Source: Spirochaetia bacterium (GTDB lineage Bacteria; Spirochaetota; Spirochaetia; CADAEX01). From it: 64,000 nucleotides of DNA. The DNA lies in contig JAKSTW010000001.1 of assembly GCA_024402405.1 (NCBI GenBank), positions 3,734-67,733 of the forward strand. The letters are read 5' to 3'. Position 1 is the first letter of the stretch, and the number at the start of each line of letters is the position of its first letter. The position numbers and the translations under genes were made by a program. The notes below the pieces were generated by a model that made no database searches, was not told the DNA's origin, and worked only from the letters and a program-made list of their open reading frames with translations. Shown here in pieces: positions 17,783-27,529 of the stretch.

Positions 17783-19144
17783 ATGGAAAATTTTAATGGT
17801 AAGAAAATCACGATCATGGGACTGGGACTTAACGGAGGCGGAATGGCTGCCGCAAAATTTTTTGCCAGCCGGGGGGCCACAGTTACAGTAACCGATCTAA
17901 GGGATGCCGCTACACTGAAGCCGTCCATGGATATGCTGTCTGATCTTAATATCAGATATGTGCTGGAAAAACATGACTTCGCTGATTTTGAGGATGCGGA
18001 TATTGTCATCAAGAATCCGGCAGTTCCCCTCTCATCCCCTTACCTTGCGAAAGCAAAAAGAATAGAGACCGATATTTCCATATTCCTCTCACAGTTCACA
18101 GGAGATGTCATAGCTGTGACAGGCAGCAAAGGTAAATCGACCACAGTATCAGCCATCTATCATGGAATAAAAAAGCTGAAGGATGATACATTCCTGGGCG
18201 GTAATATCACAATATCGCCACTGACATTCATAGACCAGCTGACACCTTCATCACTGGTCATCCTTGAGCTGTCATCCTGGCAGCTGGCAGATATCAGAGG
18301 AAAAAATCTCCTGAAACCAGCAGTATCAGTCATAACCAATATCATGCATGAGCATCAGAACCGCTACAGCAGTGTTCAGGAATATGCTGACGACAAGAAA
18401 GTCATATATCAGAGCCAGAATAAAGATCAGTACACACTCTGCAACTTTGACGACAGCTACGGACAGCAGTTCTTCAGCGAGACACCGGGACATCCTATAT
18501 GGTTCTCAAGCCATGATATCCCATATGATGAAAAAATATGGATCGAAAACAAGAAGGGATATATCTGCCTGAACAATAAAAAATATCAGATATTACCGGA
18601 AGATATTATGATACCTGGAGAACACAACCGGAAAAATCTGCTGATCGCCGCTGCTGTTATGTATCTTTATGGCTTCAAGCCACAGGAAATTCAGAATACA
18701 CTGCAGGATTTCAGGGGAATACCTCACCGGCTGGAATTTGTCAGGGAGATCAATGGCAGGAAATTCTATAACGACACCACCGCCACAGTGCCGCAGGCAT
18801 GTCTGGCAGCAGTGAAAAGCTTTGAATCTCCAGTCGTTCTCATTGCAGGAGGAACGGATAAAAATCTTGAATTTGACCTGGTTCCTGAAATAGCCAGAAA
18901 AGTGAAGAAACTGATCCTTCTGGACGGCAGTGCCACAAAAAAGTTCATGAAGCTTCTGGATGATGAAAATCTTCCGTTTTTCGGACCATTCGATTCTCTT
19001 GAGAAAGGGCTCCAGAAAGCAGTTTCTGAATCTTCCGCAGGAGATGTCATACTGTTTTCACCCGGCAGCACTTCCTTCGAGATGTTTAAAAATGAGTTTG
19101 ACAGAGGAAATTCATTCATAAAACTGGTCAGCCAGCTCTGCTGA
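17783..19144 (+). CDS. murD: UDP-MurNAc-L-Ala--D-Glu ligase
   Basis: GLGLNGGG, VTGSKGKSTT, LELSSWQL, HRLEFV, FKNEFDRG. Confidence 0.95.
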   Translation: MENFNGKKITIMGLGLNGGGMAAAKFFASRGATVTVTDLRDAATLKPSMDMLSDLNIRYVLEKHDFADFEDADIVIKNPAVPLSSPYLAKAKRIETDISIFLSQFTGDVIAVTGSKGKSTTVSAIYHGIKKLKDDTFLGGNITISPLTFIDQLTPSSLVILELSSWQLADIRGKNLLKPAVSVITNIMHEHQNRYSSVQEYADDKKVIYQSQNKDQYTLCNFDDSYGQQFFSETPGHPIWFSSHDIPYDEKIWIENKKGYICLNNKKYQILPEDIMIPGEHNRKNLLIAAAVMYLYGFKPQEIQNTLQDFRGIPHRLEFVREINGRKFYNDTTATVPQACLAAVKSFESPVVLIAGGTDKNLEFDLVPEIARKVKKLILLDGSATKKFMKLLDDENLPFFGPFDSLEKGLQKAVSESSAGDVILFSPGSTSFEMFKNEFDRGNSFIKLVSQLC

Positions 19145-19200
19145 TAAATTTTATATCGCCTGAATAAAATCAGATTCTCATTTTTTCGTATTAATCAGAT

Positions 19201-19860
19201 ATGGAAATAAATCAGTTGGCGGAAGAAGAACGCCCAAGAGAAAAATTATTGCAATACGGAAGCAGCTATCTTAATGATACGGAACTTATTGCCATAATAT
19301 TAGGATCCGGCATCAAAGGTAAAGGGATAATGCAGCTGGCCAGGGAAATTGTCAGGATCATCGACAGAAGCGGTGACAGTCTGGATATCAGAACACTTAT
19401 GGATGTGAACGGTCTTGGAATAGCAAAGGCATCACTTATCATGGCAGCCCTTGAATTTTCCAGAAGAAGATTCCAGCCAAGTCTGAAACGGATACATCTT
19501 CCTTCGGATGTGCTTCCGGCACTGGCACACTATGCGGATCGCACCCAGGAGCATTTTATCTGCATATCACTGAACGGAGCTTATGAGATACTGCAAGAAC
19601 GTGTTGTCTCCATAGGACTGGTAAACCGGACAATGGTACACCCACGGGAAGTTTTCTCAGATCCCATCAAAGACAGAGCCACTGCCATAATCTGCGCCCA
19701 TAACCATCCCAGCGGCAACACAGAGCCAAGCCAGGAAGACAGAGATGTGACAAAAATGTTGCGGCAGGCAGGAAAAGTACTGGGGATCGAACTCCTTGAC
19801 CACATAATTTTTTCGCAGAAAGGCTATTATAGCTTTGCCGAAAACAATGAATTAGTGTAA
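19201..19860 (+). CDS. radC: RadC (JAB domain) protein
   Basis: ERPREKL, VHPREVF, AHNHPSG, LLDHII. Confidence 0.95.
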   Translation: MEINQLAEEERPREKLLQYGSSYLNDTELIAIILGSGIKGKGIMQLAREIVRIIDRSGDSLDIRTLMDVNGLGIAKASLIMAALEFSRRRFQPSLKRIHLPSDVLPALAHYADRTQEHFICISLNGAYEILQERVVSIGLVNRTMVHPREVFSDPIKDRATAIICAHNHPSGNTEPSQEDRDVTKMLRQAGKVLGIELLDHIIFSQKGYYSFAENNELV

Positions 19861-19869
19861 TATGAATTT

Positions 19870-20070
19870 ATGGACGACAAAGTAATATTCATAAATGGAT
19901 TTCAGCGAGAAGAGGTATTCGACATAATGAGGGCTGTCAAAAAGGCAGTGAAAGATCCAGAGAAAATAGCATTCTGCATGGGAACAGAGGACAATATGTC
20001 TTTTACAGTAAAGGAGCTTATCAGCCAGGTCTCTGCAGAGCATCATATTATGACAGGGAGAAAAAAATGA
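19870..20070 (+). CDS. Small conserved protein (DUF3783-like)
   Basis: In operon; IMRAVKK...IAF...VKELI..V..EH pattern recalled for spirochaete proteins. Confidence 0.6.
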   Translation: MDDKVIFINGFQREEVFDIMRAVKKAVKDPEKIAFCMGTEDNMSFTVKELISQVSAEHHIMTGRKK

Positions 20071-21242
20071 CAGAATGGATCGTAAAAACATTCATAAAAA
20101 ATCACGATAAAGTCACAGAACCGACAGTTCGGACAGCCTACGGGAAACTGGCAAGTACAGTCGGTATTTTCTGTAACGTGCTCCTGTTCGCCGGAAAACT
20201 CCTGGCCGGTCTTATCACCGGAAGTATCGCAATCATGGCAGATGCAGTCAACAACCTTTCTGATGCTTCAGGCAACATAGTCAGTCTGGCAGGATTCAAA
20301 CTGGCTGCAAAAGCACCGGATCAGAAACACCCTTATGGATATGCACGCTATGAATATCTGGCAGGACTCACAGTGTCAGCCATGATTCTGGCCATCGGAT
20401 TCTCACTGTGCAAAGAATCAGTAATCAAAATATATGCTCCGGCTGAGATACTGTTCAGCTGGCTTTCCATGGGAATTCTGGCATCTTCCATTGCCGTGAA
20501 GCTGTGGATGAGTCATTTCAACAAAGTGCTGGGAGACAAAATCAATTCAGATACACTGAAAGCTACCGCCGCAGACAGCAGGAATGATGTCATCAGTACA
20601 GGTGCAGTACTGGTCAGTTCTCTTATAGGACATTATACAGGAATTGCCAGGATAGATGGAATAATGGGTCTTCTGGTGGCAATATTCATCATCTACAGCG
20701 GCTTCAATCTGGTGAGGGAAACCATGTCTCCGCTGCTGGGAGAAAGCCCTGATCCCGAACTGGTGACAATGATAGAAAAAAAAGTCATGAGCTATCCGGG
20801 AGTTCTGGGAATCCACGATCTGATGGTACATGACTATGGTCCGGGACATAAGTTCGCCAGTCTTCACCTGGAAATGCCGGCAGAGAATGATGCCATGGCG
20901 AGTCATGACCTGATAGACAACATCGAAAACGATTTCCTGAAAAATGATAAGCTTTTGGTCTCCATCCACTTTGATCCTATCATCACAGCAGACAGCAGAG
21001 TGTCAGAAACACGGATGAAGATAGCGGCAGGAGTTCATGATCTGGACAGTCGGCTTTCCATCCACGATCTGCGAATGGTAGTGGGACCGACCCATACAAA
21101 TGTGCTCTTCGATCTTGCTTTTCCGGCAGATTTCCGCAGTGATATACCGACATTGGTCCGCGCTGTGGAAAAAATAGTCACAGACATAGACAGCAAATAT
21201 ATTCCCAAAGTGAAGGCAGAGCAGAGTTTCGTAACCAAGTGA
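20067..21242 (+). CDS. Cation diffusion facilitator transporter
   Basis: ADAVNNLSD, HPYGYARYE, DSRNDV, IHDLMVHDYGPG. Confidence 0.92.
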   Translation: MTEWIVKTFIKNHDKVTEPTVRTAYGKLASTVGIFCNVLLFAGKLLAGLITGSIAIMADAVNNLSDASGNIVSLAGFKLAAKAPDQKHPYGYARYEYLAGLTVSAMILAIGFSLCKESVIKIYAPAEILFSWLSMGILASSIAVKLWMSHFNKVLGDKINSDTLKATAADSRNDVISTGAVLVSSLIGHYTGIARIDGIMGLLVAIFIIYSGFNLVRETMSPLLGESPDPELVTMIEKKVMSYPGVLGIHDLMVHDYGPGHKFASLHLEMPAENDAMASHDLIDNIENDFLKNDKLLVSIHFDPIITADSRVSETRMKIAAGVHDLDSRLSIHDLRMVVGPTHTNVLFDLAFPADFRSDIPTLVRAVEKIVTDIDSKYIPKVKAEQSFVTK

Positions 21243-21243
21243 G

Positions 21244-22368
21244 TCAGCGCAGCATTCTTAAGACATTATAAGCCGTATATTTCAGATTGGCAGCACTTTT
21301 ATGTCTGCTGATGGAAAAATCTTCCGGCAGTCTGTTTATGCTGAAAACAGCAGTCATTCCATTGCCATAAGCAGACGAAATCTCATCATCAACAACCCCT
21401 CCTACGAGTGCTATGAGAGGTTTATTATATAATTTTGCACGGTCAGCAACACCAGAAAGTACTTTTCCGCAAAGGCTCTGTCCATCCATACGGCCTTCTC
21501 CGGTAATAATAAAATCAGCATCAGCTATCACTGAATCAAAATTTACAGTATCAAGCATTGTCTGTATTCCGCTTTTCAGTTCAGCCCCCAGGAAAAACCG
21601 CATACCTGCCCCCATAGCTCCAGCAGAACCACTGCCAGGAATAGAAGCAATATCGACCCCGCTCATCTGTTCAAATATATCTCCCAAATGCACAAGTCCT
21701 GAATCCAGATGCTGAATCATCGCCAGATCAGCCCCTTTCTGAGGACCATATACATAGGCAGCTCCATTCTTACCATACATAGGATTGGAAATATCACACA
21801 TGGTTATTACGGAAACATCATTCAGCAACATATCTTTATCTTTCAGATCAATCCGTTCTATCAGTTCCAGTGTGCCGCCAGTCGGAATGAATGACTCTCC
21901 GCATTTATTATAAAATTTAATGCCTAAAGCTGAAGCCATTCCACAACCAGCATCATTAGTTGAGGATCCGCCCAAACCCAGAATCACTTTTTTCGCCCCT
22001 TTTTTTACAGCATCCAACAGCAATTCACCAACCCCACAAGTAGTAGTCAACTCAGGATTTCTATCATCACCAACCAGCGGCAACCCAGAACACGCAGCCA
22101 TTTCTATAACAGCAGTCTTTCCATCAGGCAACATTCCATATTCAGCATCCACATTACGGAAATATGGGCCGCTGACTGTCAGATGTTCCTTTTTACCGCC
22201 TAAAGCCATCAAATAGGCATTGACTGTCCCTTCTCCACCATCAGCAATAGGAATCGACACAATTTCAGAATCAGGGAAAACTGTCTTTATTTCATTGCTG
22301 ATGATCTGACATATTTCCATAGAACTCAGAGTACCTTTAAAGGAATCTGGTATCAGTACAAATTTCAA
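21244..22368 (-). CDS. Glycerate kinase (GarK/GlxK family)
   Basis: PDSFKGTL, ADGGEGT, GLGGSSTND, GPQKGA, TGEGRMD; TTG start overlaps the larA stop. Confidence 0.93.
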   Translation of the reverse strand: MKFVLIPDSFKGTLSSMEICQIISNEIKTVFPDSEIVSIPIADGGEGTVNAYLMALGGKKEHLTVSGPYFRNVDAEYGMLPDGKTAVIEMAACSGLPLVGDDRNPELTTTCGVGELLLDAVKKGAKKVILGLGGSSTNDAGCGMASALGIKFYNKCGESFIPTGGTLELIERIDLKDKDMLLNDVSVITMCDISNPMYGKNGAAYVYGPQKGADLAMIQHLDSGLVHLGDIFEQMSGVDIASIPGSGSAGAMGAGMRFFLGAELKSGIQTMLDTVNFDSVIADADFIITGEGRMDGQSLCGKVLSGVADRAKLYNKPLIALVGGVVDDEISSAYGNGMTAVFSINRLPEDFSISRHKSAANLKYTAYNVLRMLR

Positions 22369-23654
22369 ACACGCCTCCCTGGATTTACTATCACAGAAAC
22401 TCCATCCGGAATAATATTCAGACTGAAATTTTCATGTCCATGCATTTTTATGGCGATATCAAAAGCTTCCTCAAAAGATCTGGCCGGGATCATATGCATC
22501 TCCCTGACCAGCTCGTCAGGATATGATGAGATAAAAATGATCCTGGCTTTCATAAGGACTCTGGCAAAAATCTGAGACTGCCACTGGTCTGGAATTGTAT
22601 CCGCAGGACTGCGTGACAGGATCTTTTCCATTATGATCCCATTATCATCCTCAGCCTTAAATGTCTCATAAAAAGATTTTCCGCCATGTCCGTCAGAACA
22701 TTCAGATGCCATAATTATAATACCGCCATCTTTAATTGCAGCCTCTGCCGCTGTCATTCCCTTAACAGACTGATAAATATTCTGATCCATAGGATAACCG
22801 CCGTTTGTTGTAATCACAACATCAGCCGGTTCAGCATAAACACAGCAGTGATTCAATAAAAATTCCCGGCCCGCTTTATGAGCCAGTTCACAGTCTCCTG
22901 CAACAGCAAAAATTGGATCATGATGAGCGTCTATCACAACATTCACTATAAAGGCTAACCTGGCTGCCCTTGCAGCAAAAAGCATATCAGCATGAATCGG
23001 ATTATTTTCCAGAACTCCTGTACGTGCATCTTTTGAGGCTATGAATGAAGAATTATGGTTATACATAACTGTTTCCCTGGATGCAATGCCGGGCAGCACA
23101 CTTTTCCGACCGCCTGAGAAACCAGCGAAGAAATGCGGCTCAATAAATCCCTCAGAAACAAGAAGATCGGCCTCTGCAGCAAGACGATTGATCACAAGTC
23201 TGCCGCCTGAAGGCAATGTTCCCAGGAAAGTCATATTTTCTGAATCATCACAATCATGTATGACAATTCTCTCATTATCCACAATTTCCTTACCGAACTT
23301 ATTCACAAGCTCTTTTCTGGAAGTAGACCGGTGAAGACCTGTGGCAATCAAGATCGTTATATCAGCATCAGGATTACCAGCCCTTATTTCCTGCAGCATC
23401 AGAGGCATGATCATACGGCTTGGAACAGGTCTTGTGTGATCAGAAGCAATAATCACAACTTTATTTTTACCGGCAGCCAGTTCATGCAGAGGTCTGGTTC
23501 CAATCGGATGTTCCATAGCCAATCTGACAGTTTCAGCACCATTTTCAGGCTGTCTGTATTCAGAAAGTCCGGAATTATAAACAGAATAATTCATATCATC
23601 CGGAATATTCAGCGGCATATTATTCCTGCCGTAAGGAAGATACAAAGTTTTCAT
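22365..23654 (-). CDS. larA: Nickel-pincer-dependent LarA family racemase/epimerase
   Basis: SDHTRPVP, ATGLHR, EPHFFAGFSGGRKS, GGYPMDQNIYQSVKG, DQWQSQ. Confidence 0.9.
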   Translation of the reverse strand: MKTLYLPYGRNNMPLNIPDDMNYSVYNSGLSEYRQPENGAETVRLAMEHPIGTRPLHELAAGKNKVVIIASDHTRPVPSRMIMPLMLQEIRAGNPDADITILIATGLHRSTSRKELVNKFGKEIVDNERIVIHDCDDSENMTFLGTLPSGGRLVINRLAAEADLLVSEGFIEPHFFAGFSGGRKSVLPGIASRETVMYNHNSSFIASKDARTGVLENNPIHADMLFAARAARLAFIVNVVIDAHHDPIFAVAGDCELAHKAGREFLLNHCCVYAEPADVVITTNGGYPMDQNIYQSVKGMTAAEAAIKDGGIIIMASECSDGHGGKSFYETFKAEDDNGIIMEKILSRSPADTIPDQWQSQIFARVLMKARIIFISSYPDELVREMHMIPARSFEEAFDIAIKMHGHENFSLNIIPDGVSVIVNPGRRV

Positions 23655-23953
23655 ATATCTACCAGACCTATGTGAATGGCATATTTAATAAGTTCAACCA
23701 TATTGCTGCAATTCAATTTCTGCATGATATTGGTTCTGTGGTTAATGGCAGTCTTGACACTGATACACAGATCTTTGGCTATATCCTTAATGTCCTTACC
23801 CTCAGCAAGAAGTCTGAGTATCTCCTGCTCTCTGGATGTCAGGCTGTCATAAGAATTATTCTCTGCAACTTCTATATTTTCTTCCGGGGCAAGCAGACTG
23901 GAAATCACCTTGCCGCTGATACGGCTGTCCACATAAGTCTCTCCTGCTATCAC
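23651..23953 (-). pseudogene. NarL/LuxR response regulator, C-terminal part only (receiver domain missing)
   Basis: LTSREQEILRLLAEG...ISVKTAINHRTNIMQKL; begins at what is normally the last helix of the receiver domain; GTG start without SD. Confidence 0.7.
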
Positions 23954-23980
23954 TTTAATAAAGGAGGTTCTTTTTTGCGG

Positions 23981-24003
23981 TAAATGGGAAATTTTCCTAT
24001 TTA
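23981..24003. promoter_or_regulatory. 23-bp imperfect palindrome, candidate operator
   Basis: TAAATGGGAAA-T-TTTCCTATTTA (11-bp arms, 1 mismatch). Confidence 0.45.
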
Positions 24004-24090
24004 GAAATAGATGCGGCTGTTTTTTCCTGAGAAATAAATCTTTATTTTATTGCTCTTGTCTTTCGGGCTTTTAACAAGTATAATCTTATT

Positions 24091-24312
24091 ATGAATAAAT
24101 CAAACAATCTGAGCAAACTGGGAGTGGTATTCATAGCATCAGGCTTCTTGCTTCTGGTGGTGGCTTTCATTGTGCAGTCCCGTGGTTCTGAGCCGGTTTT
24201 CCTCCTTTCTTTAGGATGGTTCATCATAACCACAGGAATGATCATTCTGGCTCTTATGGGTGTTCTTTATGCCATAAAGAGAGTCATAGGCAAGTTCAGG
24301 AAACAGCTCTGA
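24091..24312 (+). CDS. Small two-TM membrane protein
   Basis: Two hydrophobic segments and a basic tail; TTGTCT-17-TATAAT-6-ATG promoter. Confidence 0.7.
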   Translation: MNKSNNLSKLGVVFIASGFLLLVVAFIVQSRGSEPVFLLSLGWFIITTGMIILALMGVLYAIKRVIGKFRKQL

Positions 24313-24335
24313 GGTTTATTCAGATCAGTTCTTCT

Positions 24336-24407
24336 GCGGGCGTCGTATAATGGTTAATACGTAAGCTTCCCAAGCTTGAGTCGGGGGTTCGATTCCCCTC
24401 GCCCGCT
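24336..24407 (+). tRNA. tRNA-Gly(CCC)
   Basis: GCGGGCG/CGCCCGC acceptor stem, anticodon loop TT-CCC-AA, GGTTCGATTCC T arm; CCA not encoded. Confidence 0.95.
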
Positions 24408-24414
24408 TATCATC

Positions 24415-25074
24415 TTAATCAACCAAACCAATATTTATAGCGTAACGTACAAGTTCCACTAAATTTTTACAGTTTAGTTTACTCATAATGTTTGTTTTAT
24501 GGGTCTCCACAGTCTTTCCACTTATAAACAAGCGCCTGGCAATATCCCGCGTGGACAATCCCTCAACTAAAAGATTAAGTATTTCCTGTTCGCGGGTTGA
24601 AAGTTTTTTATAATCATTTAATCCCGTATTTTCACAATCCAGAACATCTTTATTCATCAATTTACCAATAACCTTATTAGATATATGACTGTCTATGAAT
24701 AATTCGCCCAGCAGCACAGCTTTAATGCCATTAATCAATATCTCATTATCAGAATCTTTCAAAATATATCCGCGTGCCCCCAAATCAATTGCCCTGATGA
24801 TATATTCAGTCTTAGCATACATGCTGACCATGATAATCTTGATCTCTGGCTTTTCCGTCAGAATCTTTGCAGCCAAATCAATGCCAGATAATCCATGGAT
24901 AGAAACATCCATTAAAATAATATCAACAGAACAAGAAACAGCACTTTTAAAACCATCCTCCAAATTCCCAGCCTCATTGATATTCTCAAAACACCCCATT
25001 GATTTCAATATTGTTTTTAATCCAGTACGAACAGCTGGATGATCGTCAACTATCAAAATGTTATACTTTTTCAT
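24415..25074 (-). CDS. NarL/FixJ family response regulator
   Basis: ILIVDDH, IILMD, GYILK, LSTREQEIL HTH. Confidence 0.93.
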   Translation of the reverse strand: MKKYNILIVDDHPAVRTGLKTILKSMGCFENINEAGNLEDGFKSAVSCSVDIILMDVSIHGLSGIDLAAKILTEKPEIKIIMVSMYAKTEYIIRAIDLGARGYILKDSDNEILINGIKAVLLGELFIDSHISNKVIGKLMNKDVLDCENTGLNDYKKLSTREQEILNLLVEGLSTRDIARRLFISGKTVETHKTNIMSKLNCKNLVELVRYAINIGLVD

Positions 25075-26335
25075 CAGAATACTTACTCCTGCTAGGAACA
25101 GTAAAAATCAGAATAGTTCCATGCCCAACTTCAGAAATTATTTTCATGGATCCATTTATAAATTTAACACGTCCTTCCATGCCCTTTAATCCCATATGCT
25201 CTACAGCATTGACCGTATCATTGATAAATCCAACTCCATTATCTTCAACTCTAATAAGAATATTTGGATAAACAGGGATTATCTTGACAATAATTTTAGA
25301 TGCCTTTGAATGCTTGACACTGTTATTGACAGCTTCATATACAAGCCGATATACCATAATTTCTATATCCTGTTCGATAACAAAATCATCATTACATAAG
25401 AATAAAAATTCAGTGCTGATTTTTGTTCTCATTTCTATATCGGAAAGGAAATATTCAATAGATTTTTTCAATCCATCAATAAGTTCTGGAGGCCGCAGAT
25501 TAAAAGCTATATTTCTGACAAGCATTATATTTTTATGTATTTCTGCTTTTAATTTATCTATTCTTTCAGATATTTTATATGGCAATTGATACTGGTTCTC
25601 TTGTAATATTCCATCTGCAAGTAAACAAGAATATAATAGATTTTGCACAATCTCATCATGCAAATCAGCAGCAATTCTTGTCCGTTCTTGATCACGTATA
25701 TTTATTAGAGATTTTGATAATTCTTTTATCTTCTGTTTTTCTTCAGACACTTTAAAATATCTTATAGCCAAATTTCCCAACAGGATCAGCAATAATATGA
25801 CCAAAGAGGTCCCCAGAATAAATAAAATCAAATTAAGTTTAACTCGTTTATTAATGTATTGATTTATTACATCTTGGAATAATTTTAGCTGTACTTCAAA
25901 ATCATCTGTACCATTAATCATAAAACCAATTATCTCATTCGCAAAAAAGCCGATATCCTGATTAAAAAAAAGCGCCTTTATGAGCTTGAATTGAATGTCT
26001 TGCCACATCAGGATCAATTTTTCAAACTCCCCATTCAGGAAGTCCCGACTATAATAATGATTGCGGGAAATATTGATTATATTTTCTATAGAAATCTCGT
26101 AGGCAGATACACTGTCAATAAGAGAATATGGTGTTTTTGGGTAAGTCAATGTATATTTAACAGTCTCAGTTTTAATGGCAAGCCAATTCTCGTAAATCTT
26201 ATTCAAACCATCTGACTGCTGAATAATCATTTCTATATTTTTATATGATGATCTTGTAAAAAATAAAACACTGGCTCCAATAACAATAATAACTGTTAAA
26301 TTATAGAATTTTCTACTATTTAGAATATTTACCAT
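25061..26335 (-). CDS. Membrane sensor histidine kinase (HisKA_3 type)
   Basis: Two TMs, ERTRIAADLHDE, EAVNNSVKHS, DNGVG, GLKGM. Confidence 0.92.
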   Translation of the reverse strand: MVNILNSRKFYNLTVIIVIGASVLFFTRSSYKNIEMIIQQSDGLNKIYENWLAIKTETVKYTLTYPKTPYSLIDSVSAYEISIENIINISRNHYYSRDFLNGEFEKLILMWQDIQFKLIKALFFNQDIGFFANEIIGFMINGTDDFEVQLKLFQDVINQYINKRVKLNLILFILGTSLVILLLILLGNLAIRYFKVSEEKQKIKELSKSLINIRDQERTRIAADLHDEIVQNLLYSCLLADGILQENQYQLPYKISERIDKLKAEIHKNIMLVRNIAFNLRPPELIDGLKKSIEYFLSDIEMRTKISTEFLFLCNDDFVIEQDIEIMVYRLVYEAVNNSVKHSKASKIIVKIIPVYPNILIRVEDNGVGFINDTVNAVEHMGLKGMEGRVKFINGSMKIISEVGHGTILIFTVPSRSKYSDEKV

Positions 26336-26506
26336 ACATTTATATTTTAAATGTAATTTCCGCTGTTGTCAAAATCATAATATTCTCTAAAGTCCAATAG
26401 AAACAAAAATAAGCAAATTATCATTTTTTAATAAAAATATAAGGTTTATGCTGATATTTTTTATAAATATCGTAAGTCATAATTAAAGAAAAAAACAGGA
26501 GAAAAT

Positions 26507-27517
26507 ATGAAAAAATTTTTTAGAACATGTGTGATCTTAATTGCGATTTTAATGTTGACAACAGCTTGTTCAAAAAAAGCTGAAACCACTGAAGTTTCAT
26601 CATCCGATTCTTCAGCACCTGTGGCGGCCCCAGCACCACAGAAAAAATTCCTTCAGATTAAAACATCTGCTATTGGTGGTACTTGGCATGCTTGTGGAGC
26701 CGTATGGGCAAAACTCATAAGTGAGAATACCCCTTACATTGGTGTAAACAGTGCATCACCAGGACTTGAATTTGAAACAATGCAGAAACTTAAAGAAGGT
26801 ACTGTAGATTTAGGTTTCGCAGGAACAAGTACTGCATACTATGGGTGGAAAGGTGGAGTAATCTGGGAAGAACCAATTGATCTGGTCGCTCTGTTCGCAA
26901 CACAGCCAGGAATACTTAATTTCGTAGGCATTGACAAACCAGGCATCAATACCCTTAAAGACTTAAAGGGCAAAACTATTGCAACTTACCCGGTTGGTAA
27001 CTACTGGGGTGATATGGTCCTTGAAATTCTTGCTCTTCATGGCGTAACTGAAGAGAACTCCAGAATCATGAGAATCATGAAAAACGACTCCGCAAGAATG
27101 TTGGCAGATGGTCAGGTAGATTGTATCGTTCACAAATTCGGTTATGGGCATGGAACATTGAAACAGTTAGCTGCATCCAGAAAGATCAAATTCATCGAAG
27201 GTGATCCTGATATTATGAAAGCTTATCTTGAGAAAAACAAATTTTTCAAAACTGTACCATTTGGAGAGGAATTTGGAGTAGCGAATGCAGAGCAGCTTGT
27301 AAGTAACTATGTTGCAATCACAATGGCTAGCCTTCCAGATGAGATTGCTTATGAGGTAACAAAAATTTGGTTTGAAAACAAAGATTACCTTAACAAGACA
27401 TTGCCAAGTATCGCGCCATATATAAACTGGGATGATCCAACTGATGGAGTTACAATTCCATTCCATCCAGGTGCAATTAAATATTTTAAAGAAGTTGGTC
27501 TCTGGCACGAAAAATAA
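26507..27517 (+). CDS. TAXI family TRAP solute-binding lipoprotein
   Basis: Lipobox LTTA-C, SAIGGTW, IPFHPGAIKYFKE. Confidence 0.9.
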   Translation: MKKFFRTCVILIAILMLTTACSKKAETTEVSSSDSSAPVAAPAPQKKFLQIKTSAIGGTWHACGAVWAKLISENTPYIGVNSASPGLEFETMQKLKEGTVDLGFAGTSTAYYGWKGGVIWEEPIDLVALFATQPGILNFVGIDKPGINTLKDLKGKTIATYPVGNYWGDMVLEILALHGVTEENSRIMRIMKNDSARMLADGQVDCIVHKFGYGHGTLKQLAASRKIKFIEGDPDIMKAYLEKNKFFKTVPFGEEFGVANAEQLVSNYVAITMASLPDEIAYEVTKIWFENKDYLNKTLPSIAPYINWDDPTDGVTIPFHPGAIKYFKEVGLWHEK

Positions 27518-27529
27518 GAGGATTTTTAC

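Noticed and set aside
19201-19860. radC as a mobile-element marker
   Set aside because: Full-length chromosomal-type RadC in a housekeeping run after murD, with no mobile genes nearby.
26307-26325. AATTTTCTACTATTTAGAA resembling a Cas12a repeat (AATTTCTACT-n-GTAGAT)
   Set aside because: Single copy inside the kinase CDS in AT-rich DNA; lacks the G needed for the TCTAC/GTAGA stem.
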